NCBI GenBank assembly: GCA_026770705.1
Contig: JANJGN010000041.1
Coordinates: forward strand, 5,890,001 to 5,954,000
Length of the DNA: 64,000 bases
Source: Isurus oxyrinchus
Lineage: Eukaryota
Reading direction: 5' to 3'
Both the position numbers and the translations under genes were made by a program. The notes under the pieces are model-generated. The model ran no database searches, was not told the origin of the DNA, and was given only the letters and a program-made list of their open reading frames with translations. Within the stretch, counting starts at the first letter, position 1. Every line of letters begins with the position of its first letter. This document shows, piece by piece, positions 38,877 through 51,449 of this stretch.

Positions 38877-41800
38877 GTAAGAACCTAAACACAACCATTA
38901 CCTGTATAAATTAATGTTGACGTTCTTCTCAAAGGACGGTTCCAATAATATATGAATAGTTTATTTAATGTTGGGCAGTCATCGAAGAAGGGATGTATGT
39001 TTAACCATAACGTTAACAGGTTTCTTCCTGTTGGTCTATCATTCACTCCGTGGTCCCCAAAGCTGACACCGTATTCATGCTTTAGGGAATGCCTTGTGGG
39101 CTCTGCAATAATTATCAAAATCAAGTGCAAACCCAGTTTGAACTGGTAGAAAACACCATCTATGAAAATCTGTGCAGAGGCAAATTCGTATTCTGAAAAA
39201 TTATGCATGAAATACTTCAAGTCTTTGCCAGTGCTTTTCGTCCATTTTCCAATATTTAAAAGAAAGGGATCCCTGTCAAATCAAATAGTTATTGCCACAG
39301 CGATACTTGTACAAATCTGTAGGCAGAGACGATTTCTGGAAGTTCTGGTGAAAAAGATTAGTGTGTGTGCTGAAGACATTTGATGTCTAAATAATTTGTC
39401 TGTTGAAATACATGAATTTCTACAGCCTCATTTATCGAACCTAATGAATGTACATTTGGTGTACTCACTGAAGTACCGCAAAAGGTGACAGGCAATTTTT
39501 GGTCGGGAAGCTTGCACCAGCAGCAAGTTGACAATGACCGAATGATCCGTTTTGTAGGCTTTAGCAGATGTTTAAATAGTGGTCAGGACATAAGGGCTAC
39601 GACAATGTTGTTCTTTAAAATAGGGGCATGGAATATTTGACGTTTACCTTGTGCAATGATCTGACATCTGTTCTGAAAGTTACTACTGCCGATAGTGCAG
39701 AACTACTTCACTACGGCCACTGGAGCATTATACGAGAATTTTGTTTTCAATTACTGATGCATGACGTAAGTAATCAAACATCTATCTCAGCATGGAGATT
39801 GCTAACTCAGACATAAGTGGTCCGACTTCTGAACATCTATGCAACCCGAGTAGTTGTCACATTCTCATTATTCTGCTCACATCAATTTCTAGCCATCCAC
39901 TTCCTGCTGTTGAAAACGCTGCTTCCAAATCTAACTGATTTACATTGAGGATTGGAGTGGATTGATATTAAGCATTGTCAGAATACCCTGCTGCCTTTCG
40001 AAAATCACATTGCCAGGTTACATAGTGGCAATGACAGAGGGATATAGGAGCATAGGAAATACGAGTAGCATTTGACCATTTGGCAACACGAGGGTGCCCC
40101 ACTACTAAAGTATATCTTAGCTGAAATTATGCCTCCACAGCATTCCGTGCACTATCTTAAATTTTTGGATGCATTAAATATTGCGAAATCGGTTCATTGA
40201 CACCTTCAATATACTCAATGAATGCCCATGTGCCGAAGATGCAGTAGATAATTTCGAACATTTACCCTTCCCTGAATGACGAATTCTTCCTAATCTCAGT
40301 TCTAAATGCAAACCTCTTATCCTGATTTTGCTTTTCCTGGTTTTAGACACAACCGCCAGGTGAAATATGCATGCAAGATCTACATCACCAGAACTTATCA
40401 GAACTTTGAATTCTGCAGTGAGGTCTCTTCGCATTTCCCAGTGCTTCAGAAAGCAGAGGATGAGGCTCGTCAAAGTCTCCACAAAGGACAATACCAGATA
40501 AAACCCAATAATCCAACAAGTAACCAGTTCAAAATTCCTTGTCGCAGAGCTACAGCAACACCTGATGAAACCTACACCAAAGGAGCAGAATGGAATGTTT
40601 GACCGGCACCACAAACATCACCATCAACACTCCACATGACAATTGCAAAGTTGGGGATACTCTGGCTTGGGTTTACAAATTATTGTTGCACAAATCAGCT
40701 AAAGCTGATTATCCACAGTGCCTCCTGAATGCCCACTTTTGAGTTGTTAATCAATGTGAAATCTACCCCAATTTGCACAATGGTTGTCTCACGCAGTATG
40801 ATGGAGGGAAGCCCTGATGTGAGGAGGAATTATTCTGCACAAGGACCGCGCGGTGCTTAACCCTATCAATCCTTTAATAGACAGATGCACATGTGGTGGG
40901 TAGCTTGTTGGAGCGAATTCACTTAGATTTTTGCATCTGGTTGGTTCCTTCGTCATCTGCTAAAATCCAGTCTAGAAGTTATCTTTTTACCTCGGCCAGT
41001 TCGGCCATTATTAATTCTACAGATCCCCTCTTACTCACAGATATCGAGGTGCCCGGTGTAAAGCTTTTTTTCTTGTCAATCTCCAAAACGTGGGCCATTG
41101 AAGACCATCGATTCTTTCGCTACACAGCAGGAGGGGACAGTCATTGTCCATATGGTACGTGACGTCATTGATTTCATTTCAGTACCACGTGCTCTCAAGG
41201 ATATTTAAAATGATGCAAACTGAACGTGTTGCAAAATGCTATTTAGGAATGCAATAATACAGTTGAGCGATATCGAAAAATTCGGTGGATATTTCACCTT
41301 TTAGATTAGATTATTTCACTCAGATTTTTGCTGATGATTCATATGAACTTTAAAGCAGTAAGAGGAATTATCAAATATAGAAAAACAGCATGAATAATTA
41401 AGTTCACGGAATGATTGCAAATCAAGCAGTCTGCTGTGTCCTGGATTAAGTCAATATTCTTGAATTCTATTGGAGCATAAGGCATCAAGAAAGTTATAGA
41501 GTATCCCATCACACTCCTGATTTGTGCATTTTAGATGGAAGAAAGATTTTAGAGAGTGCCTTGCTCACCACAGCATTCTCAGATTCTGACCTGTCCGTTT
41601 AGTCACAACTTCTTGTCAATGTTTTGTCCAAGGACATTGAATATGGGGGCTTAAGCGATGGTAACGTGATTAAAACGCAAGTGTATATTGTTGGATGATC
41701 TTTTGGTGCAGGTGTTCATTGGCTGTCAATTTTCTGCGCCGGATATTACCTGTCATTTTTTCAGCACAAGTCTCGCTATTACCCAGTTTTTGATGTAAAT

Positions 41801-44800
41801 GGGCATGGATTTCAACAGCATCAATTTTGTCGCAAATTGAACATTGAACAATCATCAGTGGACACAATCCCCTCCCAATACCCCACCCCCTCCCCACTAC
41901 ACCAAATACTCTTCTGTGTTTAAAATGCAGAAAAGTTCATTGATGCAGCAGCTTAATATGGCTGTGCTCAGGACACTGCCCACAGGCTCTCGTCTAGTGA
42001 TGTCATGGGGCTGACATAAATCAACTGGAAAACAAAAGAAAAATGTAAAGAAAAAATATTTTCGCTTGGTATGACTTCAAGCAGTGGAGAACCGGCACTT
42101 TAATCTTATTGACTATAATTCTTATAGCCCTCGTTGATACGCTAGTGTAATGACTGTTCTCCTGATCTAAAACACAGCCCCTCTCTCCTCACCACATGAG
42201 CACAGCACTTTTGAACATGTTTAGACCAAGGCAGAACGGAGATTTGGAGCACGCACAAAGCAATAATTGAGTGTCATTGTGCAGTTTACCGCTGAGCATG
42301 TGGTGATAAGAAGCATTGCCCATGATACTTTTTAACACTTTGGTTATGATGAAATGTGGGCCGATGGGGCTGTAATTAGAATGCTAGGATTTGTCGTGGT
42401 TTTTTTTTTGTGGATATGTATACCAGTGAAAATGCTCACACTTTTGTTTCGATGCCAGTGTTTTGGATGCACCATACCTGCTTCGATAGGAAGGCTTATT
42501 CAGGAGCACTGATTTCCCATCCTCTTGGCTTTATCTAAAATCACCCATAGCCTTTGCATCATACAGATCCTTCTGTCATTCCATAAATTCATGTGCTGAG
42601 AATCACATTGTATGAAGACTGGAAATTGTGATGCTTGTCACCCCTAGGAGGAGGCCGGGATGGTTCATCCACCCGTCAATTCAGGGTGAATGCGGCTGCA
42701 AATTCATGTATATGCTGCGATGCACTGTGCTACAGATTCATTGCCGATGGGGACATTGTTGGAGAGCCATTGAGTTGCAAAATGTTCCACCACCATTAAA
42801 GTCGACTGTGACAGGACTTCAGATCTGAGCTATCGTTATTTGTTAGGGGGATCAATGAGTCCAGTATTTCTCATACTGAACATGCTGTTTTGCTTGCAAC
42901 TCGGCCTGTCTTACAATGCACCAGGTTAAGCTGTTTTGTTAGGTAGGATCGCTGCTGCCTTGGACATACGAAAGATGTTGGCTGGGTTCTTTTGTTTGTG
43001 CACATGACCCCGCAAGCCTGGAAGGACAAGAGCAGAAGAGGCATGGGAACGCTGTTAATTATAAATCCTTTCCAAGTCACACACCAAGGTGACTTAGCGA
43101 TTTATCACGGTTCCTTGACTGTCACTGGATGAAAAATCTGGAAATCCATCGCTTGTAGCAAAGTGTCTGCACCCGCTTCACATGGACTGCAACGCTAGAA
43201 AAAAAAAACATTTTCAAGAAGAATTAATGAAAACGGAAATCAAATTAGTCATCTTGTCAATATATTCAAAGAAAAGAAAATGTTGCAAGATGACCCAATG
43301 ATGAATACTGATATCATTTTTGAATTGAAATTACGGCCCTGGCTGCTTCTTTTCTTCCAATTCAACAAAAATGAACTAAAAAATGCATGTTTAAATGTAA
43401 ATTATTTTACGATAACACTGGCCCCTAGCTGAGAATGTATATTTCAAATGAACTCCTGAATATCCAAATCTTTAAAAAAATGATTGGCTCCAATTGTCGT
43501 CCGCAAGTTGGAGCCACCCCCCCACCCCAACCACGTCACCCCCAAAACCCCAAAACCCCACCACCCACCCACCTCAAATATGCAGAATTTTCACAAAGAT
43601 CAATAACGTACGTTGCTTATAATGAAATTCCGTACATAAATCTCCCCAGTTGCAGATGGAGAACGGGCGGGCCCACCTTTTACCAGTTACTAATTAGCAA
43701 GTTATTAAGATTGTGAACGAGACAATTGTATGTTTTCTTGATTTATGCTCTGCACTTGTCATGGCCCAGACGAGAGAGAAAAGAATGTTTCTGGGCAGCT
43801 ACCATCAGGCGACAATCGCGCAGAAGAGTGGTTCTGCCTCCGGGACCATGATTAAATGTAGCAACAGATTGTGCTGGGGAAGATGGCAGCGACGTCATGT
43901 TTACTTTTCAGATTTTTGATTCTTGCCTGAGCTTTCAACAAAAAAACATTTTTTGGAAAAACAGTTTCTGTGAGCAGGTGGTCTTGAGCTTGCAACCAGA
44001 CCGACTTTCTGTTCGCAGCATTACACTCTGCCACATGATGTTCAGGTTTTCACTGCAGATGGGACGGGGAGCCCATTTTGCATCACTCATTGCTTCCTCT
44101 CCGTTGGAATTTAATGAATTGTGGAGCGGGAGGTGGTCTAAGTGAGGGTCAGTATAAAATGTTCTAATTTTACATTTCTCCAATCTCATGCTGCCGAGAA
44201 CCGTAAAATCCAGACCACGGTCTACTTATCGTAGTGTTTCTTTATGCTCATATATGACGATTAACGTTCTGAGCCTGCACCGCAGGATTTGTCTCGCATA
44301 TCTAGTTTAATTTCTGCTATCGAACCTGCAGCAACGCGTCATAACCACAAACACTATTCAGTGGATCACACTCGCTGGTGCATTCGCCACAACATTCACA
44401 AGTTGACTGAAATAAATTAGTTCTTAGGTTTCTGTCTTGAATGAAACATATGGCACAGAAAATTGTTAATTTGTACTTACACTGCGAATAGAACATTGTT
44501 GTTAAAGTGATATGGATCTGGGATCCGGGAGGAAATTCCATCGCTCTGTAGTTCTTCAGACACGGGTGTTTGCAGTAACGACACCAAGAAGCACATAAAC
44601 CAAACAGCAAATTAATAACAGGTCAGGAGCAGAGTGCATTTGCAGATTGCAAGGGGTCATTCTGTGGCATATATATTTTTTCATTTCTCTAGTTTATTTA
44701 GCAATGAATAACGTTGATAATATATTCGATGACTGTATACTTAATTTGCCAGGTAATCAATGGATAATGGTTTCGATAGATCACTATTTCATTCGGTAGA

Positions 44801-47288
44801 TAATTGGATGGCTCAATCCAGGGCATTTCAAAGTTTAATTCGGAAGCAAATACTGGAAATATACTGATAATTTATTGGACAACAGTTTTGATCTTTAATT
44901 TGTTCAAAGATTGACTGTTTCATTATATAACCGTTTAAATTACGGTATTTTATAAACTGCCCCTTATTCACAGTGTCAACCAGTACAGTTTCAAGTGATG
45001 ATAATTTGGCTAACAGTCTTTGGATAAATCACAATACTGCACGGATAATTATGTCACTCAGTTTAAAAGCATGTCATTGTAGGAATATTATTATTTGGTT
45101 TGCTCAAACAATAACAGGTATCGGGTAAATGAAGGTTATTTTGCATTTTTGACATATATTTTAAACTGGAATTGTGTCAAAATAGCTTTGAATTCTAAAA
45201 CTTCCATTCTTTCCAGTGCAGCCTACAATGTCAACAGAAACTCAAACTTTAATTTGTATCCATTGCCTGGCATTTTCAAAGCTGCTTGTGATTACCTTTG
45301 ACAGCTCCATTAAGTCAATTAATGTTGATGTTTGCATGCGAGTTAGAAAATTGTGCATGGGAGGCTGCCAACTGGACTGCGTTTGTAACAGAAATAGCCA
45401 TTTTTGTGTGTGTATCGTTAAAGCTTACCAAATTGCAAACATTTAAAAATGTAAAAAGCTGTTTATATTTATCCGACTAATTCGCCTTACTTCATTCAAA
45501 GTTCATCTAAATCATTAACCAACATTGACTGAATTAATATCATTCAAAATGTTAATTCACCACCCCTTTTACAGACGTTCAATGCATTGTTGTTTCCCTG
45601 AGTTCAAGTTTGCGAAAACTCTACGTTCAGTCTGCACCATGTTGCAGAGCCTTGAATGCACCTGGTAAACGAATTAACTCTCTATCTACTTATACAATTA
45701 TTGTGGGAATGTTTTCCATTATCTAATGTGTGCCTCCCGAATCTAATCGGAGATTTCAATCAGAAAGCTATTCTGCACCTTTACCAGATCCATGACATCT
45801 TATCCTATACCATCGCCAACAGATCTATATAGAAAATGTCGGCAGCGATCCGATGACATACTTTCGAAGATCATTCAGGCTAGATCATTTAACTTGCTTC
45901 GAAATGCAGACAATAATTTAATAAACGTGCGTATCAAGTTATCACATATCTGGCAGCTACAAATTAGTTCACTGAGATTCACTAAGAAAATGTATTCTTC
46001 AGAATTCAAATGGAACTTCACTTATTAAGCAACTGAAATCATGATGCAACCGTGATTATCTGAAGCTCACGTCAATTTTCCTTGAATTATATACATCATT
46101 TAGTTTAATCAGTATAAATGTTTTGAATTAATCTTCAGCATTCTAATGCAGCATTGAATAACTTTGCTAATTCACTAAAAATGTTCCTGCATTTTGAAGA
46201 AAAAAGAAATATGCTTTTTATAGCCGATCAATGATTGGAAACTCTGCCCTGTCTACTTGAAAGCAAAAAGCCAGTTATGACCTCACCAGAATCAAATCTT
46301 CGAATTGCTCATTAATATTGCTTTGCAAGCAATGTGCCCTTATGGCCAAAAAATCATGCCAACTCCATCTGATAACAATGTCACCGTTCCCATTCTGGCA
46401 TTAAAGTGCCCTCTTGATCACGATGGGCTGCACCCATTCTGCATAGCAACTTTGCTTCGTTCTTTCTGCTATGAATTAGCGATGCATTCACCTGAAATTC
46501 TCCTCAGCATTGCCCAGCCAGCATATCAATCACACACATGATTGAGCAGCTCTCTGGAATAAAACTTGTCACTGGGAACCTGCATAATACTGTCACTCTG
46601 TACTGATTTTCATTGTACAGCCACTATGACAACTCCTGTGTCAACTTGCATCAGGCCTTTCCGAATGCTGGTCTTTTATTGAGCTCAGTGACTATTCTTT
46701 GGCCCTGTGTGTTTACCTTTCCATCTTTAACCACACAAGCGTTCAGATTATTTTCGTGTCCCTGGGCAATATTTTACCCTCAAACTCTAAGTCCTGTTGC
46801 ACAGTCGTCCTTCCCACTACTTATCACAACTATAGGTCACCAGCACGCATTGTACCAGTACCTCTTCCAGAGTATAATTCCACATGGCCCAAATTCTATT
46901 TTGTGCATTTATTTCCCACTTCACATCGTAACAACACACATGGATTGGCTCTTTATACCTTTCATTTACCTTTTAATATTCAACATACCCAGCCGTTTGT
47001 ATGCTTTCAAATTGTCCAATTCAAATTTGCTTTCAGCAAACTCAATCATAATTGCAGAATAGTTGTCCAGTTTACTTTGACATTCGTTTCAAAAGCAGAA
47101 TTATGAACTGACGTTTCTCTTCCCTATCCATTTTCACTGGGTCCCGTTTACATTTAGAACATGGTCACGTCAAAAAGCAGGTTGTGCATATTTGGGTCAA
47201 ATGGACGATCCTTTGCTGCAACAGGAAGAAGATTAATTATATTCATCTGTGTCGTCAACCTCATGCTCTCTCTATCTCTCTCTTACAG

Positions 47289-48193
47289 TTAATGTTGTTG
47301 CCATTGTGATTCTTTCAGGAGGAATGTGTGGCCTCTCCAAATGTATTACCCATTATATGATCGCCATGGCTACGGCGGATCTCCTGGTTGTTTGTGCTCA
47401 AGTCATGTTGAACAATAAGCTGTATATGTATTTACCTGCTTCATTCTTGACCATGAGCACGGTCTGCCCTCTAACTGTGACATTGACTTATGCAGTCATA
47501 TCAGCTTCTGTCTGGTTAACAGTGGGGTTCACCTTCGATCGTTTTGTGGCCATATGTTGTAAGAAGCTGCGAAAAAAATATTGCACGGAGACAACAGCAG
47601 TAGCTGTCATATCAGTGGTGAGTGTGTTGAGTTGTTTGATGAACATTCCCTGGTACTTTGCGTATGAACCAGCGTACATAGTGGACAATGTAAATCATGG
47701 TTGTGTACTAAAACTGACATTTTTCATTTCTGATGAATGGGCCGCATTTGCCTTGCTTAACCTTGCCTTGACCCCATGTGTTCCATTTATTCTAATTTTG
47801 TTGCTAAATTTTTGGACGGCAAGATGTATTTTGGCAGCCAGTAAAGTTCGCAGGGGTCTCCGCGGTTGCAACAATGGAGAACATCACAAGGATACTGAAA
47901 TAGAAAACCGAAGAAAGTCCATTGTTTTACTCTTCAGTATAACCGGTAGCTTTATATTGCTCTGGACAGCTCCAATTATATATATTATTTCTCTGCATGT
48001 AACAATCACATCGATTTCTGGGACAAACGAGATTGAGACAGTTAGTTTCATGCTTGGATTCCTCAGTTGCTGCACAAATACATTCATTTATGTGCTGACA
48101 CAGGCTAAGTTTAGGGAGGAGCTGAAGAGAGGAATACAGTATCTTGTGAAACTGTGCGTTAAAATAGGCAAATTACAGCTGAAAACCCATTGA
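47289..48193 (+). CDS. GPR139/GPR142-like class A GPCR, copy 3, exon 2 (gene join 38807..38876,47289..48193; 324 aa)
   Basis: Intact 7TM frame; acceptor AG at 47287-47288; intron 38877-47288. Confidence 0.92.
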
Positions 48194-48381
48194 CCTTTAC
48201 AGGGGGACATAAAAATTTTGTGCTGAATGAGCTCATCTTAGCAATAGGCTTGTAACAAAGTTTAACACTCTGGATAAAATAATATCCTACTATAGATGCA
48301 TGTTTTGTCATATAATGTCGAATTAAACTACTTTTCACACTAAACTGTAATCAATGGTGAAATGTAAGCTGTGATAATAAT

Positions 48382-48398
48382 AATAAATAAATAATAAA
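48382..48398 (+). terminator. Polyadenylation signal cluster, GPCR copy 3
   Basis: Equivalent of 5859-5875. Confidence 0.55.
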
Positions 48399-49799
48399 AA
48401 TATTGAACTGTCCCTGTTAGCGTTGTAGAGTTAGAAAGTTTGAATTGTGATACCAGGTCCTGACAGCCTCGTATTCATTGGAACAGCTGTTCCTATAAAT
48501 AAAAGAACACCCAAAACAGTAGTTGCTGGATCTCTGATAACTCGACATATGTAACATAGACAAACGTCACCAATTTCCTACAAATCACTTCTGAGCCAAA
48601 TAGTACATGGGGGAATTTTCAGAACAAGTTTCATGAAGTCTGACACCCTCCAAATTTCGGACAGTTGTAGAATGAGCTGCTTCCCAGATTTCCATATAAC
48701 TCACATGATTTAAACAAGGAAGGCCTGCTCTTCACGTGTTTTGTGAAAGGATGGGAATTGGCATAATTGATCAATCATTCCCATGGTACATCGGGCTGAG
48801 CGACGGCTCTATATCTTGGATTCAAAACTTTTAAACTCAATTTCCCTACGATTCATTTGAAAACGCATATAGCTCAAACTTATTTTTTCACGATTTATGC
48901 GGCTACCTCTTCCGCAAATGCTCATTCACAACACTCTCTGTTTCATGTTATCGGGTGCTTTCACACAGAAAGCCACCAAATGGCTGTTGTCATAATTCTC
49001 GAATGTTTAAATATGTTTAACTTGATATCCACTCATAATTATAGCGAGTGACGCCTCAACCATGTATCAGCACGATTTCCCAGCCAAGAAACGGCTGATC
49101 ACACCTGGCCCCAACATAAATTTCCTTCTTGGCTTACCTACACATGATGAATGTGAAAAAAATATAATGTAATTCTTCCTGTGGCATATACTTCTAATTT
49201 CTTTAACTTCAATGCCATTCATAGAATTGCACCATAGACGGGCAACAGCATAGAAACAGCTCATTTGGCCATTCTTTTCCTTATTGTCTCTGATAAGGAA
49301 GTTGCAACTGGCAGCCACTGATAGAATAGAGGCACAAAGGTGCAAGTGCTTCGATGTTAGAACATGGCAGACTGACCTGTCCCTCGGGTATGGATAATTG
49401 TGGCGACCGTGCCTGGGACCATGCTTTGGGGGAGGGTGGGGGGCGGCGGAATGTGTTGTGCGCTGTGGTGACCATTGAAAGCGGGTGACCTTTCATATCT
49501 GGGTAAGTTTGAAGGCGTCTGTTTAAGTGACACAAATGAGCGGCCACAGAGTAGGAACTTTGCAGTGATAAATTCATGGTTTGACTCCCCAATGCTTGGC
49601 CGCCATCTATAATGCACAACCCAGGAGTTCCCAGATAAAGGCTGCTCCAACAGCACTTAGGAATCTCAAAACCATCCACGACTAAGCTTGATTGTCAGCT
49701 ATTCAATATAAGTGCGCTCTCTCCAATACTTATGAACAGCAACGGTAGTAAGTAACAGCTGCATTGTTTTCCTCAGGAGCACAGCAGCCTACCTCAAAC

Positions 49800-50100
49800 A
49801 ATACATCCAAATCCAGAACAGCTGCCAACTAGAAGGAAAAAATGAGCAGGCATTGGGGAACACCAACACTTGCAAGTTTTCCTCCCAGCCACTCAGCATC
49901 CTGGCTTGGGACTATCACCATTCCTTCATTGTAGCTGGGTCAGACCATGGATCTACCTCCCAAAATAAACTGTGGGTTTATCTGTTCCAGGTGCACAGCC
50001 ATGGATCAAGAATGTAGCTCCCCAACACCATCTCAAGGGTAATTAGGACGAGAAGTAAATGGCTGCCTAGGCAGCGATGCCAATATCCTGTAAAAGAATT
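49800..50100 (+). mobile_element. LINE 3'-end fragment (RTEX-like, tentative)
   Basis: CTAGAAGG..GCAGGCATTGGGGAACACCAACACTTGCAAG..CATCCTGGCTTGG..CACCATCTCAAGGGTAATTAGG; same family as 63520-64000. Confidence 0.6.
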
Positions 50101-50371
50101 TAAAAAACCGTAGACATGCTAATGAAGTGAGTATTTTTTCTTAATTTTCGTCACAATGTGGCATTCTGTTAGGAAACAATAACGGCTATGTCATCGAACT
50201 TGTTCAAGGTAGAGTTAGAATGATTTTTGGTAGAGCAAGGAGTTATGGTTTATGGATCATGTCAGAAGTACGGAGAACTTGCAGTTCAGTTATGACCTTA
50301 AGGAATATTGGAGCAGGATAGAAGAGGCGATTGACATTGTCTAGCTGCTAAGCACTACATTTAAATCTTAC

Positions 50372-50506
50372 NNNNNNNNNNNNNNNNNNNNNNNNNNNNN
50401 NNNNNNNNNNNNNNNNNNNNNNNNNNNNNNNNNNNNNNNNNNNNNNNNNNNNNNNNNNNNNNNNNNNNNNNNNNNNNNNNNNNNNNNNNNNNNNNNNNNN
50501 NNNNNN
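50372..50506. other. Assembly gap (135 N)
   Basis: Run of n. Confidence 1.
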
Positions 50507-51449
50507 CCACTAACAAATAATGTCAACGTTTCATCTGCCCTCGTAATTTATTTGTTCACATCAAGCCCTGGCGTTTCACACTTTTTAAATATTATACACT
50601 GCTTTCACAATATTAGGGTGGAGGTCAGTGGCTTCACACTTCGACACAGGACACTTCATTTATCACGATATTGACAGCTTAATTCATCATTCTATATCGC
50701 TCTGCAACATTACTGTTCTCCCCCTCAGCTTAACTTTCTCCATAGGTCTATATCATCAGCAAAATTAGATACATAATTCTTTGTCTGAACTCTCGAGTCA
50801 TTAAGATTGATTTTAAGAGCCATTCAGCAACTTTCAGCCTTTTACCCAGTTGCAGGAAAAGGTCATTCTGAGCGTCAGGCATTTGCGAATTGAAATGGAA
50901 TAGGTTTTCAATACCTCAAGCCAATTTCGCAGAAATAGAAGGAGTCTACTCAATCCTTCTTCTGTTTGTTACAGACGAGCAAGCAGAAGACATTCAGCCT
51001 ATCTCTTTCTTATTACCCAGGGAACGGGGGGAACACAATTCATTCTAATTTCGACCCTGTAAGACTGTCATATGGCACCCACAGTCTTGCCGTGGAACAC
51101 TGTGGAATTACTCTATGGGAGGATTAATCACGTCGTTGGACTGCTCAAAATAGGCCCTAATGGATTACAAAAGTTTGAAAAGTTTTGCTTCTCTTGTGAA
51201 ATAGTTTATGCTGCGGAACATCAATGTTAATGATTTATGTTTTGTTGTTGGTTTTCATGACCTGACAGTACACAAGCGGAAGCTCTGATGGGTGTCCCTG
51301 GTGCATGGAGCTGTGAGGAATGGGAGACGCATGGTGGTGGAGTGATGCTGTCAGATGATAACAGGGGTTTCAGCAAGCACTCCCCGACATCGGTTTGGGT
51401 GGCTGTAATTTATGACAAGATTCACAAGAAGAAATGTTGGGCGTTCATG

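Larger units (their letters stand above)
28134..49545 (+). repeat. Tandem segmental duplication, unit C (21,412 bp), one complete GPCR gene
   Basis: Colinear with unit B apart from small indels; unrelated sequence follows from 49546. Confidence 0.93.

Noticed and set aside
1-49545. Array as a pure haplotype-duplication assembly artefact
   Set aside because: Three distinguishable copies with private substitutions and indels exceed two haplotypes, and there is no gap between units. Exact copy number still needs read-depth confirmation.
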